From contig JALVXC010000182.1 of the NCBI GenBank assembly GCA_027038275.1, forward strand, positions 6,501 to 70,500: DNA of 64,000 nt. Reading direction: 5' to 3'. The DNA comes from Campylobacteraceae bacterium (GTDB taxonomy: Bacteria; Campylobacterota; Campylobacteria; Campylobacterales; Sulfurovaceae). This document shows positions 1 to 9,775 of this stretch, one piece after another. Both the position numbers and the translations under genes were made by a program. The notes beneath the pieces were generated by a model. The model was not told where the DNA came from, did not search any database, and saw only the letters and a program-made list of their open reading frames with translations. Positions within the stretch are counted from its first letter, which is position 1; each line of letters starts with the position of its first letter.

Positions 1-2500
1 ACTTTTTATCTCTTTGGTTAACAAGTCTCTTAACCTCTTCATAATCAGAAGCATCACCACTCTGTGCTGCTTTTTGAATAGCAGAGATAGTTGGACGTGA
101 GAAGTCGTGATACTCTTCTCCTCTTCTATATTTATAAAAACCACCTTTGTAGAGAGAGTTCTTTTTACCCTTAAATGCATCTGTAAAGGCACGAGCATGA
201 TTGCTGTTTAACCTAGCATCTATATCTTCATAACCTAGTCCTGTTAGGAGTGCTGTTGTTCCTGCAAAACAGTCATCAACAACCTCTTGACTCAATCCAA
301 TAGCATCAAATAGACGTGAATTACGATAAGATGAAATAGTAGATATACCCATCTTAGACATAATTTTTAAAAGACCTGCCCCCATAGCACGTCTAAATCG
401 TCGTAGAGTATGTTTTAACTCATCGCTTTCACCCTCTAACTCTGTTACAATGTAGTAGAGTAAATAAGGGTATATAGCAGCAGCACCATAAGCAATCATA
501 CAAGCAGCAGAGTGAGGGTCAAAAACTTCACCTGTTACAGCAACAATACTTGTAAGATGTCGTAATTTTGCATCAAGTAACTCTTGACTTAAACGACCTA
601 CTACCATAAGCATTGGAATAACTTTATTAGTTTCATTTAATCCACGGTCATCTAAGATAATCGTTCTAACTCCATTGTCACGAACATCAACTATTATCTT
701 TTCAATCAATGTATCTAAACTTGCTTTTAAATCTGAAGTGTAAGTAGTATCATACTGACCATACTTATAGGTTGGGTCATATCGTTCACTATTTTCATCT
801 CCAAACTCTTGAAGCAGAGAGAAACGTGTAGCTGACATAACAGGAAGTACTGTTTTGAGTCGTTTAGCATGGTTAGAACTATCAGATAAGATATTTTGTA
901 TCTCTCCAAAACCAGTATTTAGGCTCATAACTGTCTTTTCACGGATTGGGTCGATTGGAGGGTTAGTTACCTGTGCAAACTTCTGCTTAAAGAAGTCTGT
1001 AAAGTTTCTCTGCTGAGTTGAGAATGCGGCAATTGGAGTATCATCACCCATAGCACCTGTAGTCTCTTTACCCTCAGCAATCATTGGGCGAATAACCTCT
1101 CTAAGTACCTCTGTTGTGTAGTTAAAGTAACGCTGTTTTGCAGCCATTAACTCACTATCTTTTGGCATTAAATTTTTAGCTAATGACTCTTGTGAAGGCA
1201 TATGCTCTTGAAGATATGACATATTTTTACTTAACCACTTATCGTAAGGATGAAGTCCTTTTATGTAGTTATCTATATCTTCAGACTTAAGCACCTTACC
1301 ATGCTTAAGGTCAACCCCCATCATCTCACCAGATTGAAGTCGCCCACGCTCTACAATCTCCTCTTCTGGTACTTGTAAAACACCATATTCCGAGGTAATC
1401 AACAATCTATTGTCTGTTGTAATAATATATTTAGATGGTCTAAGTCCATTTCTATCAAGTACACACCCAATATAGCGACCATCGGTCATACTTACAGCAG
1501 CTGGTCCGTCCCAAGGAACAAAGCAGGTACTTGCATACTCATAGAAGGCTCTAAGTTCACTGTCCATATGTGGAGCATTGTGCCAAGGAGCAGGAACTAA
1601 TGAACGAGCAGCTTTAAAGAAGTCAACACCATTTACACGAAGGAACTCCATGAAGTTGTCTAGTGAAGCAGAGTCAGACATATCTGACTGAATTACATTA
1701 CGAAGTCTATCCATCTCCTCATCGGTAAAGACATCCGATTTTGCAATTACAGCTTTGGCTGTAGCATTAAATCTGTTTGCTGTTACAGAGTTAATCTCAC
1801 CATTATGAGCAATCATTCTAAATGGTTGAGCCAATTTCCATTGAGGTAGAGTATTGGTTGAGAATCTTTGGTGGAAAAGACAGAAAGAGATTTTAAAATC
1901 TTCACTAGCTAAATCAGTATAGAACTCTTTTATATGCGTTGGCATAACAAGCCCTTTGTATGAGACCACCGATGTTGAGAAGGAAGGAATATAGAAACTC
2001 TTATCGTCAATAAGTTTAGCCTCTATCTCCTTTCTTGAAAGGTATACCATAGCCTCAAAACGCTTAGTGGCAATAGCAGATTTTGGTGCTACAAAAACCT
2101 GCTTAATCATAGGTAGTGACTCTAATGCTTGTTTTCCCAATGCATCTGTGTTGACAGGAACAACACGCGTATATACAACATCTAAATCGTTGTTATCACA
2201 TACATCTGAGATAACATCAAAATCAGACTCATTATGAGAAAAGACCATAGCAACAGCATAAGTCTCAGGCAAATCAACCCCATCTGCAAGTGCCTGTTTC
2301 TCAAAAAATGATTTTGGTAAAGAGAGTAGAAGTCCTGAACCATCACCCGTTTTACCATCTGCTGCAATTGCCCCTCGGTGCATCATTCGAGAAAGAGATG
2401 TAATTGCATCTTCTAAGTTTTTATGTGTTGGAGTATTGTCAATAGACGCTAAGAGTCCAAAACCACAGTTATCTTTAAACGACGTAAAGAGATTTTGCAT
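1..2500 (-). CDS. gltB: glutamate synthase large subunit (GltB), N-terminal ~833 codons; 3' end lies outside the window
   Basis: Absent from the ORF track because it has no stop inside the window. The reverse-strand ATG at 2498-2500 reads MQNLFTSFKDNCGFGLLASIDNTPTHKNLEDAITSLSRMMHRGAIAADGKTGDGSGLL, the Ntn glutamine-amidotransferase start of GltB. Later motifs read by eye include FCLFHQRFSTNT and RMIAHNGEINS. The frame appears open to position 1. Confidence 0.85.
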   Translation of the reverse strand, partial: MQNLFTSFKDNCGFGLLASIDNTPTHKNLEDAITSLSRMMHRGAIAADGKTGDGSGLLLSLPKSFFEKQALADGVDLPETYAVAMVFSHNESDFDVISDVCDNNDLDVVYTRVVPVNTDALGKQALESLPMIKQVFVAPKSAIATKRFEAMVYLSRKEIEAKLIDDKSFYIPSFSTSVVSYKGLVMPTHIKEFYTDLASEDFKISFCLFHQRFSTNTLPQWKLAQPFRMIAHNGEINSVTANRFNATAKAVIAKSDVFTDEEMDRLRNVIQSDMSDSASLDNFMEFLRVNGVDFFKAARSLVPAPWHNAPHMDSELRAFYEYASTCFVPWDGPAAVSMTDGRYIGCVLDRNGLRPSKYIITTDNRLLITSEYGVLQVPEEEIVERGRLQSGEMMGVDLKHGKVLKSEDIDNYIKGLHPYDKWLSKNMSYLQEHMPSQESLAKNLMPKDSELMAAKQRYFNYTTEVLREVIRPMIAEGKETTGAMGDDTPIAAFSTQQRNFTDFFKQKFAQVTNPPIDPIREKTVMSLNTGFGEIQNILSDSSNHAKRLKTVLPVMSATRFSLLQEFGDENSERYDPTYKYGQYDTTYTSDLKASLDTLIEKIIVDVRDNGVRTIILDDRGLNETNKVIPMLMVVGRLSQELLDAKLRHLTSIVAVTGEVFDPHSAACMIAYGAAAIYPYLLYYIVTELEGESDELKHTLRRFRRAMGAGLLKIMSKMGISTISSYRNSRLFDAIGLSQEVVDDCFAGTTALLTGLGYEDIDARLNSNHARAFTDAFKGKKNSLYKGGFYKYRRGEEYHDFSRPTISAIQKAAQSGDASDYEEVKRLVNQRDKK

Positions 2501-2590
2501 AAGCCACCTTTAATTAGTATATAATAGGGTTTTAAGTAATATAAGCCCCCCAGAAATTGGGTCGATAATACCAAAAAGATAATTAAACAG

Positions 2591-3208
2591 ATGCGTGGAT
2601 TCATAATTAATATAAGAAAAGCAAAAAATGAAGATATAATTGTTACCGTGCTAAGCAATGAGTCTGTAAAAAACTATTGGCGTTTTTTTGGGGCAAGACA
2701 CTCTATTTTACAAATAGGTAATTTAGTTGACTTTGAAGCAAAAGAGTCAAAAAATAGCTTTATGCCAAATATGCGTTCTCTATCTCACATCTCTTTTCCT
2801 TGGCTATTTTCAAACAATCGTCTACTTATTTGGCAAAACTTTATTAAACTCTTTGAACCACACTTACGTGATACCATAGAGCTAGATAGCTTCTACTTTA
2901 ACCTACTGTTAAATAGTGCAAAAAAATGGAATAGACAAAATCCAAAACGTTTAGCCATAGAGGCTTATATGCAATTGCTTAAGCATGAGGGGCGACTCTA
3001 TGACAATGGTTTTTGTTATATTTGTGAAACAATTTTAGAAGATGAAATAGGACTTATGAGAGCATTTTTACCTGCTCACCCACAGTGTGTTTATGGTCAA
3101 AAATTCAAAAAAAAAGATATTTTTCAACTCTACAATACAAATAGTACTATTCATATTGATGATAATTTAATAGATAAGCTATATGCTATTCTATTAAAAG
3201 GTTTTTAA
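2591..3208 (+). CDS. recO: DNA repair protein RecO (short epsilonproteobacterial form)
   Basis: 205 aa. The N-terminus MRGFIINIRKAKNEDIIVTVLS...YWRFFGARHS resembles the short RecO of Helicobacter/Campylobacter. A C-terminal CYIC...HPQC zinc-finger-like motif is present. Confidence 0.65.
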   Translation: MRGFIINIRKAKNEDIIVTVLSNESVKNYWRFFGARHSILQIGNLVDFEAKESKNSFMPNMRSLSHISFPWLFSNNRLLIWQNFIKLFEPHLRDTIELDSFYFNLLLNSAKKWNRQNPKRLAIEAYMQLLKHEGRLYDNGFCYICETILEDEIGLMRAFLPAHPQCVYGQKFKKKDIFQLYNTNSTIHIDDNLIDKLYAILLKGF

Positions 3209-3305
3209 AAAAATAGCTAACTATATTAAGAAATATTATTTAATATCATATTAAGTTTTTTTCTATATACTATTAAATGAATTTTAAAATTATAAAGGAA
3301 AATCA

Positions 3306-4688
3306 ATGAAATTACGATATTCATCACTACTTTTAGGGCTATTACTACCAATCACATCTATACAAGCCGAGATATCACTTACTCCTCCAAATGCAAAAGC
3401 TGGAGAGTGTTATGCCAAAGTTATTATTCCTGCGAAATATAAAACAGTTGAAGAGAAAGTTTTAGTTCAAGAGGCATCAAATAAAATTAAAATAATCCCT
3501 GCAAAGTATGAATGGGTAGATGAGAGAGTAGAAGTTACTCCTGCAAGTGAAAAATTAGTTACTGTACCTGCAAAATATAAAAAAGTTTCTGAAGTTGTTG
3601 AGGTAAAACCTGCTCTACGCTCATGGCATGTTAGTTTACGAAAAAATGCAGCACCAGTAAGTAATGAACTTTTAGCAGCAGCAAAATTAAAAGGTGTTGA
3701 TATTGAAAATACTACTCCTGGTACTTGTTATAAAGAGTACTATACTCCTGAAAGCTACAAAACAGTAACAGAGGAGGTTGTCGTTCAAAAAGAGACTACA
3801 AAAACTAAAGTTATTCCTGCAAAATATGAGATGGTAGAAAAAACTATTGTAGTTAAACCTGCTAGTAAAAAAACTATTACAGTACCTGCAACTTATGATT
3901 ACGTTGACGAAAAAGTGCTTGTAGAAAAAGAGAAGACTGTATGGAAGAAGGGTAAAAATCCAGCAACTAAATTAGATGGTGCTACAGGTGAGATTATGTG
4001 TCTTGTTAAAGTACCTGCAAAATATAAAATTATCAAGAAAAAAGTAGTTAAAACACCTGCAACAACAAAAGTCGTTGAAATTCCTGCTGAAACAAAAACT
4101 ATTAGAGTAAAAAAACTTATCTCTCCTGCTAAAACAGAGACAGTTACTATTCCTGCTGTAAAAAGTACTATAGAGAAAAAAGTTCTTGAACATGGACCAT
4201 CATTTTCATGGATTAGAGTTGGAGACTCTGTTGAGAGAGGCTTAAGATATACTGGACATGAAATCTGTTTAGTTGAGACTCCTTCTGTAAAGAGAAAAAT
4301 TACAAAAGTTGTTTTAGAGACTCCTGAAACTACTAAAAAAGTAACTATTGACCCAACATATAAAGTTGTAAAAGTTAAAAAACTTGTAGAAGAAGCTAAA
4401 GAGATTAAAACACCTATAGAGGCTGTATATAAAACTATTCAGAAAAAAGAGAAAATCTCAGAAGCTCACCAAAGTTGGGAGAGAATTCTTTGTCAGACAA
4501 ACATGAACAAAGATGTTATCTTACAGATTCAAAATGCACTAAAAGCAAAAGGGTATAATCCAGGAAAAATAGATGGTGTTCTTGGTCGTGATACACGTAT
4601 AGCACTAGATAAATACCAAAGAGACAACTCTTTAGCAACAGGTGGAATTACCTATGAAACACTTAATGCACTTGGTGTTAATCAATAG
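3306..4688 (+). CDS. secreted repeat protein (PAKY repeats) with C-terminal peptidoglycan-binding domain
   Basis: Signal peptide MKLRYSSLLLGLLLPITSIQA. About 10 copies of an (I/V)PAKY(K/E)xV-type unit are grouped into Cys-led super-repeats. The C-terminus LQIQNALKAKGYNPGKIDGVLGRDTRIALDKYQ matches PG_binding_1. Confidence 0.7.
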   Translation: MKLRYSSLLLGLLLPITSIQAEISLTPPNAKAGECYAKVIIPAKYKTVEEKVLVQEASNKIKIIPAKYEWVDERVEVTPASEKLVTVPAKYKKVSEVVEVKPALRSWHVSLRKNAAPVSNELLAAAKLKGVDIENTTPGTCYKEYYTPESYKTVTEEVVVQKETTKTKVIPAKYEMVEKTIVVKPASKKTITVPATYDYVDEKVLVEKEKTVWKKGKNPATKLDGATGEIMCLVKVPAKYKIIKKKVVKTPATTKVVEIPAETKTIRVKKLISPAKTETVTIPAVKSTIEKKVLEHGPSFSWIRVGDSVERGLRYTGHEICLVETPSVKRKITKVVLETPETTKKVTIDPTYKVVKVKKLVEEAKEIKTPIEAVYKTIQKKEKISEAHQSWERILCQTNMNKDVILQIQNALKAKGYNPGKIDGVLGRDTRIALDKYQRDNSLATGGITYETLNALGVNQ

Positions 4689-4701
4689 TTAAACATATCA
4701 T

Positions 4702-4732
4702 GTAAAAGTTATCTAATTTAGATAACTTTTAC
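4702..4732 (+). terminator. perfect 14-bp hairpin downstream of the PG-binding gene (putative terminator)
   Basis: GTAAAAGTTATCTA-ATT-TAGATAACTTTTAC lies 14 nt after the stop at 4688. There is no clear U-tract after it. Confidence 0.4.
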
Positions 4733-4771
4733 ACTAATACTCTTCTAAGAATTTTATGATAGAATAGTTCT

Positions 4772-4855
4772 ATGAAAAAAATATTCGGATTCTTATTTAT
4801 TCTTCTATCGGCTGGATTAACTGTTTGGTACCCTTTGGGTCAACTTTTAGGATAA
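4772..4855 (+). CDS. possible 27-aa hydrophobic leader peptide/small membrane protein
   Basis: ATG...TAA reads MKKIFGFLFILLSAGLTVWYPLGQLLG and ends 4 nt before the xpaC-like start. It is below the ORF-track size cutoff. No obvious Shine-Dalgarno sequence. Confidence 0.2.
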   Translation: MKKIFGFLFILLSAGLTVWYPLGQLLG

Positions 4856-4859
4856 CACT

Positions 4860-5693
4860 ATGGCTTTTGTTAAAAAATACAGACCACAAACAGATTTTGA
4901 AAGCTACAAATCAAAAAAAGGCTATCTACTTTATATCTTTTTAGCACCTCTATTTCTTGCTATTATCTTAGCACTTATAGAGAGGAATATTCATGCTTTT
5001 GTGCTAAATTTAATAGCATTTGGACTCTTTTATACAACAGCTAAATTTAATACAATTGGACTAGCTAATGAGTTTAAATACCATAAAGAGAAGCTAACTA
5101 AAGCACCCAAAAGACCTTACAAAACCTTTTCTGCAATACTATTAGGTATTGCTACACTATTCACAGCCTCCTTTGCAGGAGGAGAATCACTATTAATAGG
5201 TATTTTCCTCTCTATTACATCAACTGTCGGCTATCTTCTCTACTACGGATTAGACCCAAGAGTAGATAAACTGGAAAATATTGGTGATATCTCTGCTGAA
5301 TTGGTCTTAAAAACCATCTCAGAAGCCAAATCTAAACTTGCCAAAATAGAGCAACATATAGATAAAATTTCAAGCGACAATCTTTTACAAAAAAGGCTCT
5401 CTTTGGCTGTAAAAAAGGCTAAAAATATTATTCAAACCATTCAAGAAGACCCAAAAGATATTCGTGTAGCACGTAAATTTTTAATAGTTTATATTGATGG
5501 TTTAGAGAGTGTAACTAATGCTTATACATCAATGGATGAAGCAGATATTAAAGGAGAGACTAGAGATAAACTACATCAGCTCTTAGAAGATGTAGAGCAT
5601 CGATTCGATAAAGAGTTAACTCGACTAAAAAAGAACAATGAATTTGATTTAGATGTCAACATAGATGTCTTACAACGACAGATAAAAAATTAA
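4860..5693 (+). CDS. XpaC-like (5-bromo-4-chloroindolyl phosphate hydrolysis family) membrane protein
   Basis: 277 aa with N-terminal TM helices and a helical C-terminal half. It sits immediately upstream of telA, as in the B. subtilis xpaC-yaaN pair. Confidence 0.5.
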   Translation: MAFVKKYRPQTDFESYKSKKGYLLYIFLAPLFLAIILALIERNIHAFVLNLIAFGLFYTTAKFNTIGLANEFKYHKEKLTKAPKRPYKTFSAILLGIATLFTASFAGGESLLIGIFLSITSTVGYLLYYGLDPRVDKLENIGDISAELVLKTISEAKSKLAKIEQHIDKISSDNLLQKRLSLAVKKAKNIIQTIQEDPKDIRVARKFLIVYIDGLESVTNAYTSMDEADIKGETRDKLHQLLEDVEHRFDKELTRLKKNNEFDLDVNIDVLQRQIKN

Positions 5694-5711
5694 TATATTA
5701 GGAAAATTAAA

Positions 5712-6851
5712 ATGGAAACAAAAACAAAAGAGATTATAGAGACAACAATAGAGGAACAGAATGAAAATCTACCAGCCATTCAAGAAGAGGAAAAGTCAAA
5801 ATTAGAAAAAGCCCTATCAGAGCTAGACTTTAAAGATAGAAGCTCTATTATCTACTTTGGGGCATCTGCACAAGAGGAGCTAGATGAGATATCTAACCGT
5901 ATGATTGATGGTGTTAAAAACAAAGATACAGGAGCTGCTGGAGCTGTACTTAATGAGATGATTGCTACTATTAAAGGATTTGACCTTGAAGAGTTAAATC
6001 CTAACAAAAAACTTCCATGGTATGCTAAACTATTTGGTGGAACTAAACCTTTAGTTAAGTTTATACAGGGGTATGAAGAGGTTAGAGACCAAATTGATGA
6101 GATTTCAAATAACCTAGAGAGTCACAAAAGCAAACTAATGAAAGATGTTGTTTCACTAGATAAACTCTATGAAGCCAATTTAGAGTACTTTAGAACTTTA
6201 GAGATTTATATTGAAGCAGGAGAGATTAAGAAAAAAGAGCTTGAAGAGAAGATTATTCCTGAATATGAAGAGAGAGCAAAAGATGAAGATATGTTAGCTA
6301 TTCAAGAGCTAAAAGAGATTCGTGCCTTTAGAGATGACCTAGAGCGTCGAATTTATGACCTTAGACTCTCTCGTCAAGTTACAATGCAATCACTTCCAAG
6401 TATTAGACTTATTCAAGAAAATGATAAATCACTTATAAATAAGATTGCTTCTACTCTAGTAAATACTGTACCACTTTGGAGAAATCAACTTGCTCAAACA
6501 GTTACTATTTTTAGAAGCCATGAGTCAGCAAAAGCACTTAAAAATGCTACGGACTTAACCAATGAGCTCTTAGAGAAAAATGCAGAAGGACTAAGAGAAG
6601 CAAACAAAGAGGTACGAACACAGATGGAGCGTGGTATCTTTGATATTGAGAGTATTAAGATTGCTAACGATACCCTTATTGCTACACTTAATGACTCACT
6701 AGAGATTGCCGAAGAGGGTAAAAAAGCTAGAATTAAAGCTTTAACTGAACTTGAAAATACAGAGCATGAGTTAAAAGAGGCTCTTCTTGCAACAAAAACA
6801 AAACTTGAAACTCTACCAACCAAAACGGTAGAAGAGATTACAAAAGGATAG
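5712..6851 (+). CDS. telA: toxic anion resistance protein TelA family
   Basis: 379 aa and all-helical. The N-terminal region DRSSIIYFGASAQEELDEIS and the overall length and composition match TelA/YaaN. Confidence 0.75.
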   Translation: METKTKEIIETTIEEQNENLPAIQEEEKSKLEKALSELDFKDRSSIIYFGASAQEELDEISNRMIDGVKNKDTGAAGAVLNEMIATIKGFDLEELNPNKKLPWYAKLFGGTKPLVKFIQGYEEVRDQIDEISNNLESHKSKLMKDVVSLDKLYEANLEYFRTLEIYIEAGEIKKKELEEKIIPEYEERAKDEDMLAIQELKEIRAFRDDLERRIYDLRLSRQVTMQSLPSIRLIQENDKSLINKIASTLVNTVPLWRNQLAQTVTIFRSHESAKALKNATDLTNELLEKNAEGLREANKEVRTQMERGIFDIESIKIANDTLIATLNDSLEIAEEGKKARIKALTELENTEHELKEALLATKTKLETLPTKTVEEITKG

Positions 6852-6854
6852 ACA

Positions 6855-7943
6855 ATGGGACTTTTTGACTGGATATTTGGACAATTTATTGAGGTTATTG
6901 AGTGGACAGATGATTCACACAATACTATGGTCTACCGATTCCCTACTTATAATAATGAGATTAAGTATGGAGCTAAATTGACAGTTAGAGAGTCTCAAGT
7001 AGCTGTCTTTGTTAACGAGGGAGTAGTTGCTGATATTTTAGAACCAGGCATATACGAGTTAGAGACTAAAAATTTACCTATTATGACCTCTTTAAACCAT
7101 TGGGACCATGGATTTAACTCTCCATTTAAAGCAGAAGTCTATTTTATAAATACAAAACGTTTTACTGACCTAAAATGGGGAACAAAAAACCCTATTATGG
7201 TTCGTGACCCTGAATTCTCTATGGTTAGATTACGTGCTTTTGGAACTTATGAGATTCGCATTAGTGACCCTAAACAGTTTATGAATGAGATTGTAGGAAC
7301 AGATGGTCATTTTACTGTTGATGAGATAGATAACCAGCTAACTAACCTTATTGTCTCAAAATTTACTACTATTTTAGGGGAGAGTAAAATACCTGTTTTA
7401 GATTTGGCATCTAATTATGAAAAGTTTTCAAAGTATATCTCTCAAAAGATTGCTCCATACTTTGAAGAGTATGGATTAAACCTTACAAAAGTGTTAGTAG
7501 AAAATATCTCTTTACCATCTAATGTAGAGGAGGCTCTTGACAAACGTAGTAGTCGTGAAATTACAGGTAATCTTGATGAGCATATCAAGTACCAAACAGG
7601 AGAAGCTTTAGGCTCTGAAAATAGTGGTTCTATGGGAGACATGATTGGTATGGGAGCAGGTATTGCCATAGGGCAATCTATGGCAGATAGTCTCTCTAAA
7701 GATAAAGTTATAAAAAATACACCTCCTCCTATTCCTAATATAAATAGTAAAAAATATTATGTTGCCTTAAGTGATGAGAGAGAAGGACCTTATGATATTC
7801 GTACGATTCAACTCCTTATTCGTGAAGATAAAATTAAAAAAGATACTCTTGTCTGGACAGAGGGGTTAGAAGATTGGGTTGAAGCTCATACTATTTTAGA
7901 AGAACACTTTAACGCTACCCCTCCACCTTTACCGAAAATATGA
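6855..7943 (+). CDS. SPFH/Band-7 (YdjI-like, 'virion core protein'-type) protein with C-terminal GYF_2 domain
   Basis: The N-terminus MGLFDWIFGQFIEVIEWTD...VRESQVAVFVNEG is typical of COG4260 SPFH proteins. The C-terminus YYVALSDEREGPYDIRTIQLLIREDKIKKDTLVWTEGLEDWVEA is GYF_2-like. Confidence 0.7.
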   Translation: MGLFDWIFGQFIEVIEWTDDSHNTMVYRFPTYNNEIKYGAKLTVRESQVAVFVNEGVVADILEPGIYELETKNLPIMTSLNHWDHGFNSPFKAEVYFINTKRFTDLKWGTKNPIMVRDPEFSMVRLRAFGTYEIRISDPKQFMNEIVGTDGHFTVDEIDNQLTNLIVSKFTTILGESKIPVLDLASNYEKFSKYISQKIAPYFEEYGLNLTKVLVENISLPSNVEEALDKRSSREITGNLDEHIKYQTGEALGSENSGSMGDMIGMGAGIAIGQSMADSLSKDKVIKNTPPPIPNINSKKYYVALSDEREGPYDIRTIQLLIREDKIKKDTLVWTEGLEDWVEAHTILEEHFNATPPPLPKI

Positions 7944-9076
7944 AATTTAAATCGATTAATTTCACCTGTAAAAACTGTGGAGCTCCTCTACGTTTTAGTC
8001 CCATTGAAGAGAGTTTAAAGTGTGAATTTTGTCAAACTATTGAAACTATTGATTCCTCTTTAAAAGAGATTAAAGAGTATAACCTAAAAGAGGCATTAGC
8101 AGAGCTCAATAGACAGAATGAAAAAGAGATTAATAAAGAGGTCAAGTGCACTAAATGTGCTGCAACTTTTACTATGAATCCATACTCCTTTTCATCTAAC
8201 TGTCCATACTGTGGAGCACCTGCTATTATAGATTTTGTTAAAGAGATTACTCCTCATTCTCTTATACCTTTTCAACTATCTCAAAAAGAGGCTAAAGAGG
8301 CTTTTAAGAGATGGGTTGGTTCTTTGTGGTTTGCACCTTCTAAATTGACTAAATTTCTAAGAGATGATGAAAAACTAAAAGGCTACTACTTACCATATTG
8401 GACTTATGATGCAAAAACAGTTAGCGACTACTATGGTCAAAGGGGAGATATCTACTATGTCACTGTAGAGAGAAATGTTATTGTTAATGGAAGAGAAGTA
8501 CGCCAACGAGTTCAAGAACCAAGGATTCGATGGACACCTGTATCGGGTCGTGTTCATAATGAGTTTGATGACATTACTATTGGTGCTTCTAAATCTATCT
8601 CTTATACTATTTTAGACAATCTTGCCCCATGGCATACAGATAGGCTTGTTCCATTTAATGAAAAGTATCTTGCGGGATTTACATCTGAAGAGTATACTAT
8701 TGGGCTTGACAATGGATTTGAACTTGCAAAAGTTAAAATGAATAGTGTTATTGTTCAAACTGTTCGTTATGATATAGGAGGAGACCAACAGCAGATTACA
8801 TCACTAAAGACCAACTACTACGATACCTCCTATAAAAATGTCCTCTTCCCTATCTGGACTGCTCAATTTAAATGGAAAAATAGAACCTATAACTATGCTA
8901 TCAATGCACAGACAGGAAAAGTCTCAGGAGAACGTCCCTACTCTTGGCTAAAAATAGCTTTAGTTGCAGGTACACTCTCTACAGGTGTTGGTGGAGCTAT
9001 ATATATAGATGAACACCCACAAATAATTAAAAAAGCATCTCAATTTTTACATTTACTTTCTGTTAACAAATCTTAG
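7940..9076 (+). CDS. double zinc-ribbon protein with C-terminal TM helix (possibly YdjG-like)
   Basis: CKNCGAPL...CEFCQ and CTKCAA...CPYCGAP motifs, with a C-terminal hydrophobic segment LKIALVAGTLSTGVGGAIYI. The start overlaps the SPFH gene stop (ATGA). Confidence 0.5.
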   Translation: MKFKSINFTCKNCGAPLRFSPIEESLKCEFCQTIETIDSSLKEIKEYNLKEALAELNRQNEKEINKEVKCTKCAATFTMNPYSFSSNCPYCGAPAIIDFVKEITPHSLIPFQLSQKEAKEAFKRWVGSLWFAPSKLTKFLRDDEKLKGYYLPYWTYDAKTVSDYYGQRGDIYYVTVERNVIVNGREVRQRVQEPRIRWTPVSGRVHNEFDDITIGASKSISYTILDNLAPWHTDRLVPFNEKYLAGFTSEEYTIGLDNGFELAKVKMNSVIVQTVRYDIGGDQQQITSLKTNYYDTSYKNVLFPIWTAQFKWKNRTYNYAINAQTGKVSGERPYSWLKIALVAGTLSTGVGGAIYIDEHPQIIKKASQFLHLLSVNKS

Positions 9077-9100
9077 ATAAAATTTATAAAAGGACTTATT

Positions 9101-9682
9101 ATGATTTTTTTTAAAAATTTATTTTTATTACTTCTTTCAACAGCACTATTTGCTAATGAGGGAGTTATTATCTCTCAAGAGATTATCTCAACTGACTCTC
9201 CAGAAGAGTTAATTGGAAATAAAGTAGATACTTATGAATCTTTCAAGATTAAAAAACTTGATAAAATTCAAGAGCATATTCAATCAAGAATAGAAAGTAT
9301 AGATAGAAATAGTTCTTCTTCAGAAGAGACAAAAGTATCAACTCCTCAAAAAAAAGAGGCTATACAAAAAACTTTTGATGAAGCTCTTGCACAAGCAAAA
9401 AAAGAGCATAAAATTATTCTACTTGAAGTTTATGAAACTAACTGTAAATTTTGTAAAAGAATGGAGAGTGAAGTCTTTCCTAAAGAGAGTGTTATAAAAG
9501 CTCTTGAAAAAGATTTTATTCTTCTAAAAATGAATGGAGATAAACAAAAACTTCCTCTTGGAATCACTCTTCAAATGACTCCAATGCATGTTTTTATTAC
9601 AGAAAATAAAGATATTGATATGACTTTTGGATTTTTAGAGGAAAAGGATTTTTTAAAGCTTTTAGAAAGAGAAAAGAATTAA
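9101..9682 (+). CDS. periplasmic thioredoxin-fold protein (CxxC)
   Basis: Signal peptide, then ILLEVYETNCKFCKRMESEVFP, a thioredoxin_7/DsbD-gamma-like CxxC context. Confidence 0.6.
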   Translation: MIFFKNLFLLLLSTALFANEGVIISQEIISTDSPEELIGNKVDTYESFKIKKLDKIQEHIQSRIESIDRNSSSSEETKVSTPQKKEAIQKTFDEALAQAKKEHKIILLEVYETNCKFCKRMESEVFPKESVIKALEKDFILLKMNGDKQKLPLGITLQMTPMHVFITENKDIDMTFGFLEEKDFLKLLEREKN

Positions 9683-9775
9683 CAATATTTTCTATTTATA
9701 AGTTTTTACTTTTGTTTATAGCTACAATTCAGTATAATATATTATAATAATATTAAACAGAATAAAAGGCTATTT

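Noticed and set aside
2449-2658. 69-aa minus-strand ORF spanning the gltB start and the recO start
   Set aside because: It is in a different frame from gltB and overlaps two supported genes and their intergenic promoter region.
6494-6922. 142-aa minus-strand ORF antisense to telA. Similar long antisense ORFs occur at 15152-15592, 42495-42902, 60069-60566, 24248-24547, 23424-23792, 27030-27320 and 10768-11148.
   Set aside because: They lie entirely inside well-supported genes on the other strand. They have Ser/Leu-rich low-complexity translations typical of antisense frames of GAA/AAA-rich genes and carry no recognisable motifs.
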